Source of the DNA: Gammaproteobacteria bacterium
GTDB lineage: Bacteria; Pseudomonadota; Gammaproteobacteria; UBA4575
NCBI GenBank assembly: GCA_029253965.1
Contig: JAQWYM010000038.1
Coordinates: forward strand, 914 to 64,913
Direction of reading: 5' to 3'
DNA length: 64,000 nt
Positions within the stretch are counted from its first letter, which is position 1. Each line of letters starts with the position of its first letter. Positions 35,928 through 44,305 of this stretch are shown one piece after another. The translations under genes were made by a program, and so were the position numbers. Under the pieces are notes generated by a model. It was given only the letters and a program-made list of their open reading frames with translations, did not search any database and was not told where the DNA came from.

Positions 35928-37223
35928 TTAGCTAAACTTCCAGGTCAAGGCAAAGCCACCATGGTAAGAGCGGACATCAAGCGTAGTGCCAGATCCCTGA
36001 TACTCTCGCTTCTGCGGGAGTTGGTAGGCAGCATGCACATCAAGCGTTATGAATGGTGCTAAAAAACCCTCATAGCTAAAGCCGGTAGTTATACGATGTT
36101 TGTAAATCACCGGTGTCTCCATAGCTTGTAACCAGTTCCAGACCCGAGGTGAATCCAAGCTAAAGCAAGTACCAGCACCAACTCCAGTGCATAAGGCGTT
36201 AAAGCCTTCCAAGGTCTTCCCTTTGGTTATTTCATCGGTGGGGTCACTCGCCCAGCCATAGCCAGCACGTAAGGTGAGAGGGCCTTTTGTCTTGTATTCC
36301 ACACCGAGACTGACTACTTGCTGATCCTCATAAAAATTGTCCCAGAATTTAGCCTCACTCCATTCTTTATAAATAAAGTCACTGGCTATACGTAATTGAT
36401 CAGTCACTTGATGTGAAACACCCAAGGCATAATTTGAAGGCTGCGTTACGGTGACATCCTCATGGTTGAATGAACGATCATCGACATCTGCGATAACACC
36501 AGCACCCGATCTAACACCATTTCTTAACTGCATCATGTTATCAAAGGTATGACTAAGTTGTGTTTGGTAATAAAAACCAATATCAGTCTTTGCTGTGGGG
36601 TGATAATCAGCCCCCAGAGTGCCCCGAAAACCATAATCATGAGATTGTGCAGACGAACCAGCAACACCTGCCTCTAGAGTGGCATAGCTAATCGTCAATG
36701 CTGCGCCAAGGTCTAACTGTTCATTAACGCTATAACCGAGACCAGAGTTGATGCCGAAAACAACATACTCTGCTCCCGCACCCAAAGCGTTAGGGTTATC
36801 ACGCCAGTCAACACCAATGCCTGAAACCACAGATAGGCCAGCGCCAAATACTAGGGGGATACCCAATGCGGCTAGATCTTGCGTGACAGCAATCTGCGGT
36901 ATGGTGAACACCTGCGTATTGGATGAGGTTTCATATGCATTTCCTGTGACACTACCGTCATGTTCTGCATAAGCGTCTGGGTAGTAAAGTGTTGCCCCAA
37001 AAGTAAAGTTAGTGCCACCCTTAAGGTCAGTTAAGTTCGCTGGGTTGCCATAAACCGCCTCAACAGGACCATTGCCTTCCCCCGCAATCGTTGTGCCGGC
37101 CATAGAGGCAGCCTTGGGTGATAAGACGTTATGCAGATCAAAACCATAAGGGCCAGCAAAAGCCGCCGTGCTAGTCAGGTATGAGATAAATGCGATTGTG
37201 ATGTGTTTCTTATGAAAGTTCAT
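35928..37223 (-). CDS. Outer-membrane hydrophobic-compound channel, FadL/OmpP1/TodX family
   Basis: Signal peptide, the N-terminal hatch motif GNPANL, and alternating beta-strand pattern through to ...FALTWKFS. Confidence 0.65.
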   Translation of the reverse strand: MNFHKKHITIAFISYLTSTAAFAGPYGFDLHNVLSPKAASMAGTTIAGEGNGPVEAVYGNPANLTDLKGGTNFTFGATLYYPDAYAEHDGSVTGNAYETSSNTQVFTIPQIAVTQDLAALGIPLVFGAGLSVVSGIGVDWRDNPNALGAGAEYVVFGINSGLGYSVNEQLDLGAALTISYATLEAGVAGSSAQSHDYGFRGTLGADYHPTAKTDIGFYYQTQLSHTFDNMMQLRNGVRSGAGVIADVDDRSFNHEDVTVTQPSNYALGVSHQVTDQLRIASDFIYKEWSEAKFWDNFYEDQQVVSLGVEYKTKGPLTLRAGYGWASDPTDEITKGKTLEGFNALCTGVGAGTCFSLDSPRVWNWLQAMETPVIYKHRITTGFSYEGFLAPFITLDVHAAYQLPQKREYQGSGTTLDVRSYHGGFALTWKFS

Positions 37224-37228
37224 ATGGG

Positions 37229-37444
37229 TTAGGCCTCAGATTTTTTAAACCATTGATAAGGTTTTTCGCCCGCAATTTTGAAATATAGAAACATATTTCC
37301 CATGTGGGTAAGTAGTAATGCTGATGCGATGCATATCGCCCATAAAGGGTCTGCATACATCTCGTGTGCGCCTAAGCAAAATAATCCATATGCTATTGTA
37401 GCCGTCCAAATGGCCATGACACAGATTGCTTTAAATGAGCTCAT
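37229..37444 (-). CDS. Small 2-TM membrane protein, hypothetical
   Basis: 71 aa, two hydrophobic helices, tightly spaced between the GST-like and FadL-like genes. Confidence 0.35.
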   Translation of the reverse strand: MSSFKAICVMAIWTATIAYGLFCLGAHEMYADPLWAICIASALLLTHMGNMFLYFKIAGEKPYQWFKKSEA

Positions 37445-37467
37445 ATTTTCTCCCTCAGTCTTTATTA

Positions 37468-38154
37468 CTAAGCATTAATATGGACGGAATGAATCTGATG
37501 ACTATTGATGTCATCCAAAGAAGGCAACACGTCAGAAGAGGTAAAGTTTTCTTTACTGGTGCTTTTCCTAGTCATAACCTGTGAAAGCCATTGATCGATG
37601 TTAGGTTTCCCAGAAATAAGATTTGCGTGACCATGGATTAAGAGCAAATGAATATGTGAAATCCAATGGATATCAGCCAAGGTAAAGTCACCGACTAGAT
37701 AGGGTGATTTCTTTTTATTTGTACCTAAACTCTCCTCAGCATGACAAAGAGCTGCTTCAATCTTCTGCATTGATACATCAAGATTCTCATTGCCTCCACT
37801 AATCACTTCAGAGATTGCTGGGCCAAGAATATCGGTTGCGATGTGAATCCAACGGTATTGCTGCGCACGAACAATTCCGTTTCGTGGTACTAAGGAATTG
37901 CCGAAGCCTTTATCATCTAAAAAAGACATAATCGAAACAGTGCCATAGATAATAAAATCAACATCTTTTAAGCAGGGTGAAATAGCAAAAGGGCTATGTT
38001 GATTAAATTCAACATTCTCAGATGTCTCGAGGATGGCAATAGCATCAAGGTCTACACCTTTTTCCGCTGCAGTGAATAAGCATTTACTGGTGTCAGCGGA
38101 GGCAACTCTGCCCCATAGTGTTTTAACATCTGAAAGATGATCGCCAATTGACAT
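37468..38154 (-). CDS. Glutathione S-transferase-like protein
   Basis: N-terminal thioredoxin-like segment (LWGRVAS..TSKC...EKGVDLD; SPF..SPCL) and a helical C-terminal domain. Motif match is moderate. Confidence 0.5.
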   Translation of the reverse strand: MSIGDHLSDVKTLWGRVASADTSKCLFTAAEKGVDLDAIAILETSENVEFNQHSPFAISPCLKDVDFIIYGTVSIMSFLDDKGFGNSLVPRNGIVRAQQYRWIHIATDILGPAISEVISGGNENLDVSMQKIEAALCHAEESLGTNKKKSPYLVGDFTLADIHWISHIHLLLIHGHANLISGKPNIDQWLSQVMTRKSTSKENFTSSDVLPSLDDINSHQIHSVHINA

Positions 38155-38228
38155 GGTTAAATTCTCCGTATCCCTATATTTGGGGATGATTAGACTGATT
38201 AAAAAAAGTTAAGTGATCAGCTGTATTG

Positions 38229-39374
38229 TTAATAACCAGCCTTTTTATTAATTTTCTCAGCGATGAGTAACTCACCCTCAGAGGCGAATTCACGGTCCCA
38301 GCTGCGTAGTTTTTTCTTGTAAACGGCATGCCATACAGGGGGGACTAGGGCGATTACAAATTCAGTAAAATAACCCCAACCAGGGTTGGGCGCGCCAACG
38401 TTATCTAGCTCCCAGAAATGAGTTTCACCACGATCATGGTGGTCCGCCTGACGTCCAATTTCGATAAAGAACCAACTGGTGAACAAGCTATCGTTATCCC
38501 AGGAATGGTGATAATCAATCGGCTGACCTTTTTCACGAATGAGGCCGTAATGTTCCATATAATTGAGCGCTTCGAGCTCAAAGTTAGAAACAGTCCAAAT
38601 TAAGAAAAGACAGGCAACGCCATATAAGCCACCAGCCCAAACAAATAAGAAGATAGTTGGCAAGCTCATTAGATAGCCTCGTATCCAACGATTATTGAAA
38701 GATAAAAACGGGCTATTAATTCGCTTTAAACGTTGTGCTTCCATTTGATATAGGAATTTTGACTGGCCCATATGTGATAACCAAAAGTGTCTGTAGATAC
38801 TTCGACCACGCGGTGAGGTTGCAGGGTCATCTTCACTCGCGAGTTCTAGGTGGTGGTTATAGACATGCGCATAGCAAAAGTGTGCTGAGCCACTTAAGCC
38901 CATCATTAATCTTGATATGACAAAACTGAAGCCTTTTGTATGTGCTAACTCATGGCCATAGATGATGCCGATGCCGGCAAAAATACCGGTCGAGAGGGTA
39001 GCCCCTAATAGTTCAACACCGGTGATACCCACTTCGATTGGAATACTATTAAACAAATACATCATTCCTAGCTCAGTAGCTGTCGTGTATTCGTAAAGTC
39101 GATAGATAAAAATTAATTGAAGTGCGATGAATATAGGCAACATCAGATACATCACGCTATTTTGTAGGTTTGCATTGGCGTTTGAATTGCCGTTTTTATC
39201 CATTCCAGCACCTGCTGGATGTAATTTGATGGTCAGTGTGTCAATAACAATGCCGATTACGAACAGAGCAACTCCAGTCCAGACATAAATACCACCAAGA
39301 ACGAGCCCTAATGCGGTGATAATGATTAGCAGTGGTGCCATCAGATAACGAGTATTGATAAACGCCTTGCCCAT
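38229..39374 (-). CDS. Integral-membrane diiron monooxygenase of the AlkB/XylM (alkane 1-monooxygenase) family, divergent
   Basis: HELAH (Hist-1), HVYNHH (Hist-2), DPATSPRGRSIY, NYMEHYGL (the HYG motif specific to AlkB/XylM), HHSWD and RQADHH (Hist-3, with Q where AlkB has H). Confidence 0.72.
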   Translation of the reverse strand: MGKAFINTRYLMAPLLIIITALGLVLGGIYVWTGVALFVIGIVIDTLTIKLHPAGAGMDKNGNSNANANLQNSVMYLMLPIFIALQLIFIYRLYEYTTATELGMMYLFNSIPIEVGITGVELLGATLSTGIFAGIGIIYGHELAHTKGFSFVISRLMMGLSGSAHFCYAHVYNHHLELASEDDPATSPRGRSIYRHFWLSHMGQSKFLYQMEAQRLKRINSPFLSFNNRWIRGYLMSLPTIFLFVWAGGLYGVACLFLIWTVSNFELEALNYMEHYGLIREKGQPIDYHHSWDNDSLFTSWFFIEIGRQADHHDRGETHFWELDNVGAPNPGWGYFTEFVIALVPPVWHAVYKKKLRSWDREFASEGELLIAEKINKKAGY

Positions 39375-39570
39375 AACCTTTCCCCCTCATTTATTATATA
39401 TAGTTAATTAACAATATATTTAACTAACTATTAAATAGACATACGGATAAATACTTATATAATTAAATTATATTTAAGAACAATATTTCAAGTGGTTGCT
39501 AATCATACAAATATCATTCGTTCATGCTAGGAGGATAGTGAAATGGTGCTTAATTTAAATACAATAAAAT

Positions 39571-40251
39571 ATGAATCCAAAAGTGGATAAAATAGAGGCT
39601 TATGTTTTTTCCATGGATGCTTTTATTAGCAATCTATTTGAATGCATGATTAATAGTGATGTTTTGGAATCAGCATTATTTAGTAATCGGTTAAGTCTGT
39701 TTGATTCATTGAGTAATAGTGAAGGTGGGGTGGTTTTACTTGATTTTGATATCGAGGCTAGCAGTGGTATTGAGGTAATTAGGCAGATCCGATCCTTGCA
39801 TGCCTCACTCCCAATAATATGTACAAGCAGTATTGATGCAGTCTGTAAGATCGGTGATGAGTTGAGGATGAATCATTGTAAGTTTGTGTCTAAAAGCATG
39901 CTGGTAACCGATTTTGTTAAAACGGCACAGTCACTATTATTAGATGAAAAAAACGATCAAGATTCAATAAAAGATAAAAATAATCAGCTTATGCTTGAGC
40001 GGTTCTCAAGCTTGACTCCGCGGGAGCTGGAAGTGTTTTCAGGTTTAATTGGTGGTGAGCGGAGTAAGGAGATTGCCTTTGATCTGGGCGTTAGCTGTAG
40101 AACTATTGAGCTTCATAGGGCGCATATTATGAAGAAGTTAGAGATTGGAACCTTGCAAGAGCTGATTAAAATTCTTCTTCTTTGTGATAGCAAAGATATT
40201 TTTGATTTTTGCAAACATTATTTACATCTTGATTATGAGGCTTCAATTTAA
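39571..40251 (+). CDS. LuxR/FixJ-type response regulator
   Basis: Receiver-like N-terminus (VVLLDFD; PIICTSS; SKS) and a C-terminal LuxR HTH (LTPRELEVF..L..G.S.KEIA..LG.S..T.E.HR..IM.KL). Confidence 0.7.
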   Translation: MNPKVDKIEAYVFSMDAFISNLFECMINSDVLESALFSNRLSLFDSLSNSEGGVVLLDFDIEASSGIEVIRQIRSLHASLPIICTSSIDAVCKIGDELRMNHCKFVSKSMLVTDFVKTAQSLLLDEKNDQDSIKDKNNQLMLERFSSLTPRELEVFSGLIGGERSKEIAFDLGVSCRTIELHRAHIMKKLEIGTLQELIKILLLCDSKDIFDFCKHYLHLDYEASI

Positions 40252-40348
40252 ATTTGCTTACTTAAGGATATTTAGCGGATCATTTGGTTATTCCTGATAT
40301 TATAAGTTTTATTTATAATTCACTAAATTACCAGTAAGCGACACACTT

Positions 40349-40909
40349 ATGTTGAGAAAAAATCCATCAGGTTATTACCCGCTAGTTAACGAGGGCGCTT
40401 TCATTGATCCAACAGCGATTATTTGTGGGCATGTGATAATTGAAGATAATGTATTTGTTGGGCCTTACGCTGTGATACGTGCAGATGAGGTTAATGAAGA
40501 GGGTGAGATGCTGCCAATTCTTATCAAGGCGGGCTCAAACATTCAGGATGGTGTGGTAATACATTCTAAGGCGGGTGCTGCAGTAATTATTGGTCAAAGA
40601 ACCTCAGTAGCTCATCGCTCTATTGTGCATGGTCCTTGCGTTGTCGGCGATGATGTATTCATTGGCTTTAATACAGTTTTATTTAACACACGTATAGGTG
40701 ATGGCAGTGTTGTTCGTCATAATTGCGTTATTGATGGGCTTGATCTCCCGGAAAATTTTCATGTGCCTCCAATGATACATATTGGACCAGATTTTGATCT
40801 AGAATTGATTTCAAAAGTACCCGCTGAATATGCATCATTTTCCGAGTCAGTTGTTAGTGCGAATCATGTTTTAGTGCAGGGATATAAAAAAATACTTAAT
40901 GAGTTCTAA
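40349..40909 (+). CDS. Gamma-class carbonic anhydrase-like left-handed beta-helix protein (Cam type)
   Basis: Hexapeptide repeats. IRADE...I.AGSNIQDGVVIH and VAHRSIVHGP supply His ligands with the H-x4-H spacing of gamma-CAs. Confidence 0.7.
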   Translation: MLRKNPSGYYPLVNEGAFIDPTAIICGHVIIEDNVFVGPYAVIRADEVNEEGEMLPILIKAGSNIQDGVVIHSKAGAAVIIGQRTSVAHRSIVHGPCVVGDDVFIGFNTVLFNTRIGDGSVVRHNCVIDGLDLPENFHVPPMIHIGPDFDLELISKVPAEYASFSESVVSANHVLVQGYKKILNEF

Positions 40910-40997
40910 ATGAATTGTTCTTAACATAACAATATATGAGTACTATTACCTATTGTCTGTGAATGTTAATTAAAAAATTAATTATAGATAAAGTCAA

Positions 40998-41729
40998 ATG
41001 AATAACATGAATAAAATTAATACATGTGAATCCTTAGCGACTCCTTATAAAAAAATTAAGTATTTGGATCTTGATAAACAAATGGATAAAGTTTCCTATT
41101 CTTTTACAAGCAATAATAAACTCTCCGCTAAGGGACTTATAACTACCCCATTCGATAATGATTGGAAGTTGTACCCAAAAAGTTCAAAAATATCTGAATT
41201 TGCTTCAGGAATAGACGAATGTGTTGAAAAAGCAATCACAAATGCTTCAGGTAAGTGTTTTATTGATTTAAGCACTTTAGCTGTTTTTGCAGGAAATGCG
41301 ATGAATACTGAAAGTTTAAATCCGAGTATAGAAGAAAAGATCGTAAATTATATAAATAACCTACCTAATACTGTAACACCAATTGTTCGAATGACTTTTG
41401 GAATGCCTACTAGATTACCTGCAAAATCTATTTCCTATTTTACAACATATTTATATGAAAATGTTAAAAATCCAAAAGCCCTGATTTATTTGGCTAATGT
41501 GGCACCATCTACCTTTATTCCATCAAATAAAAAAGATAAAAACAAAAGTAGTATTGTAGACCTACTGATAGATTTATTGGACTTGGCTCAGCAGGAACTA
41601 AAAGGAGCGCATTTAAAAAAAATCCTTTTGCTATTTAGAGATTTAGTAGAATTTGAAAAAGATAAAATTGCAACTTATTTGTCAGCTACAGGATTAAAAC
41701 CTACAGCTTGGAACCATTCTAAAATTTAG
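40998..41729 (+). CDS. Hypothetical protein (AT-rich orphan)
   Basis: 243 aa, Lys/Asn-rich, no signal peptide, no family recognised. Ends ...TAWNHSKI*. Confidence 0.4.
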   Translation: MNNMNKINTCESLATPYKKIKYLDLDKQMDKVSYSFTSNNKLSAKGLITTPFDNDWKLYPKSSKISEFASGIDECVEKAITNASGKCFIDLSTLAVFAGNAMNTESLNPSIEEKIVNYINNLPNTVTPIVRMTFGMPTRLPAKSISYFTTYLYENVKNPKALIYLANVAPSTFIPSNKKDKNKSSIVDLLIDLLDLAQQELKGAHLKKILLLFRDLVEFEKDKIATYLSATGLKPTAWNHSKI

Positions 41730-41807
41730 CTTTTGAAAATATTTTGTAATGACTAACAAGTTGTATAACTAATGGTAAGTAATTATTACCCTCAAGAATA
41801 GCTTTAA

Positions 41808-43928
41808 TTATATGACGGCATAGTCACTGCTATGCTCAAGAAAGTAATTAACAGCATTATCAATATTTACTCCTGCATAACCTAGTGGTGCGTCTCCATG
41901 ATCGGGCGTGTTTGAGACTGTAGGTATTGTGGGACCACCTACTGAATTAATGAATTCAATTGATAGCGTATAATTAGTTGATTTTTTATCAAAACTGTCA
42001 GTATAGATATAATACTGCTCGCTTTCATTTAGAGTGGTGCTTATTTGCAAATCAGCATTACCCCATTTCCACTTATGAAATAATTTTTTACCAGAAGAGT
42101 CTTTAAGCAGCAAATCAACATCTGCATCAAGGTTTGTCAGGCTTATGGTAACCTCCGTTGAATGTTTTACAAAGAAATTGTAAAAATCCTTATCATCTAC
42201 CGCACTTAGGCTTTCAGTTATCTCTAAAAAATTATTGTTTGAGGATAATTTATAAGCGGTATGTCTATCTTCACCAGGGTCATTCTCAGGTGTTATGTAA
42301 TCAATTTCAGGTGTTTCAGTATTTTCTGGTGCTTTCTTGATCTTCGGATTTATTTCAGTGAATTCGATTGTAAGTTTATAATCAGTTTGATTTTTGTCGT
42401 AGCTATTTGCGAGTATGTAGTACTGTTTGTCAGCCTCTAAAACTGTAGTGATCATTAAATCACTATATCCCCAGCTCCATTCATGCGATAGAGTTTTCCC
42501 TGAAGAATCGACTAGGAAAAGGTCTACATCTGCACTAAGATCAGTTAATTCTACTGTGATACTCGTTTTATTTGCTAAGCTGAACACATAAAAATCTTTA
42601 GTATCTTCAGCATTTAGTGAATTATTTATTATTACTTTATTAAGGCTGGGCATAAGTTGATAGGCTGTTATCATGTCTCCACCAGGATCGTTTTCCGGTG
42701 ATATATAATCTATGACTGGTTTATTTGGGGTTATATTAATGCCACCGTTAAAATCTATCGATAAGGCGTAAGCTGTTAATTTTTTATCATAGCTATCTAC
42801 AGCAATAAAGTATTTCTCACCAGCAACTAATGCTTCGGCTAGATCTAAATCTCCATTTCCCCAAACCCATTCTTTTTTAATTATCTCACCTGTTGAGTTT
42901 TTAAGTGCAAGGTCTACGTCGGCATCAAGGTCAGTTAGGCTAATGCTAACGACTGCATTAGTATCTAATATGAATGAATAATGATCGCTTAAGTCTTTAC
43001 TGCTTAGTTTTTCTTTAATAAATATTTGATTGCTTTCAGGTAATAATTCATAGGTATTTGTTATGTCTTCACCAGGATCTTTGTCAGGTGTGAAATTCTG
43101 TGTGTAACCAGCAATTGCTAATGATGACTGTGTTGAAAGAGCTGGCTGATTTGATACTGAGTTACTGCTATAGGTTTCTGGATTAATTTTGTCAGCTGTT
43201 TTTTGAATTAGCTCAAGGAATTGTTCGTCAGAAATCTTATGGCCCAATTTTTCTAATGCAATTTGTTGGATTATGGCTGCTGCACCAGCAATAATCGGAG
43301 CAGCATAGCTTGTTCCTGATAGGAGGTGACCTTTGACGTTAACATTTTGACCTAAAGCTGCAATATCAGTTAACTCACTATGTTTTTGAGACCAGCTAGT
43401 GAATTCATTATTCACAGTGACTGCTGAAACAGCTATAACATTGTCGCTGGCAGCCATTTTGTTAATTCCATCTGTATTGTACTTATTACTATCATTGCCC
43501 GCTGCGACTACGGTGATGATGTCTAAATCATCAAGTTTTTGATACTCATCTCCATGCGTATTGTTGTATGCATTGCTTGTTACATTTCCAATTGCTAAAG
43601 AGATGTTTACAGCGGCTATATTGTATTTTTCTGAGTTTTCTATAATCCACTGTAAGGCAGATTCAATATGATATACGCTTGCCGTAACTGCATTGTCTTT
43701 AAAAACCTTGAGATGAATAATATCTACGCCACTCGCAACACTCTGACTAACTGCTGCAACTGATCCACCATGATGATTTTCGTAATTATTTGCATTTTTA
43801 TCATTATCTGCGAAGTCATATGAATAAATTACGTTATCATTTTTAAAAGATTTGCTAGCCCCTGTATCAATAATTACTATAGATATGCCGCTGCCATCAT
43901 AAATTCCGTTGTAGTTACTAGCATTCAT
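41808..43928 (-). CDS. Subtilisin-family (S8) serine protease with three tandem C-terminal PPC (pre-peptidase C-terminal) domains and no signal or pro-peptide
   Basis: Catalytic triad contexts IVIIDTG (D21), NHHGG (H52/53) and SGTSYAAPIIAG (S206), with oxyanion AAGND. Three ~117-aa repeats follow (PENDPG.D...AY.L ... DFY.F ... LT.L.ADVDL.L.DSSGK ... W.WG..DL ... YYI...S.DK..T.Y.L.I.F). Confidence 0.85.
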   Translation of the reverse strand: MNASNYNGIYDGSGISIVIIDTGASKSFKNDNVIYSYDFADNDKNANNYENHHGGSVAAVSQSVASGVDIIHLKVFKDNAVTASVYHIESALQWIIENSEKYNIAAVNISLAIGNVTSNAYNNTHGDEYQKLDDLDIITVVAAGNDSNKYNTDGINKMAASDNVIAVSAVTVNNEFTSWSQKHSELTDIAALGQNVNVKGHLLSGTSYAAPIIAGAAAIIQQIALEKLGHKISDEQFLELIQKTADKINPETYSSNSVSNQPALSTQSSLAIAGYTQNFTPDKDPGEDITNTYELLPESNQIFIKEKLSSKDLSDHYSFILDTNAVVSISLTDLDADVDLALKNSTGEIIKKEWVWGNGDLDLAEALVAGEKYFIAVDSYDKKLTAYALSIDFNGGINITPNKPVIDYISPENDPGGDMITAYQLMPSLNKVIINNSLNAEDTKDFYVFSLANKTSITVELTDLSADVDLFLVDSSGKTLSHEWSWGYSDLMITTVLEADKQYYILANSYDKNQTDYKLTIEFTEINPKIKKAPENTETPEIDYITPENDPGEDRHTAYKLSSNNNFLEITESLSAVDDKDFYNFFVKHSTEVTISLTNLDADVDLLLKDSSGKKLFHKWKWGNADLQISTTLNESEQYYIYTDSFDKKSTNYTLSIEFINSVGGPTIPTVSNTPDHGDAPLGYAGVNIDNAVNYFLEHSSDYAVI
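41946..43094. repeat. Three ~390-bp intragenic tandem repeats encoding the PPC domains
   Basis: PPC1 spans aa 279-395, PPC2 aa 409-525 and PPC3 aa 545-661 of the protease. The repeats are obvious at protein level and recognisable at DNA level. Confidence 0.8.
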
Positions 43929-44305
43929 AGTATCTCTCTCTTTTAATTATTAATTTTATTATTAATAAAATAAATATTTATAATCCAAATTTTTTTTACA
44001 AAAATACCGTTAACTCCATTTTATCAAGATAAGTAGATTGGTCACTTCCATTAAAAGTTCCTTTTTTGTTATTTATGCCTCGAACTTTCCCTCTCCCGAC
44101 ATATGGCTAATTAATATAATAATTTATTATTGTTAATATAATACAAGTCAAATAAAAACAAGCATATATATTTATATTAATAAATACAATTAGATTTGAT
44201 TATTAAATCGTATATTCATGTCTTTACGCTGGAGATTTTACGTATCGTCTGATTTAGCTGTAAAAATAGGGGGCATGATGAGCATGCTATGAGGCTAATA
44301 ATTGA

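Noticed and set aside
41701-41729. The orphan 243-aa ORF ends ...AWNHSKI*, which resembles the start of a phospholipase-D HKD motif (HxKxxxxD). This suggested a truncated PLD/Nuc-family pseudogene.
   Set aside because: Reading through or frameshifting past the stop does not give the required Asp or GSxN continuation. There is no first HKD motif upstream, and only 78 nt remain before the next gene. The evidence for a PLD remnant is insufficient.
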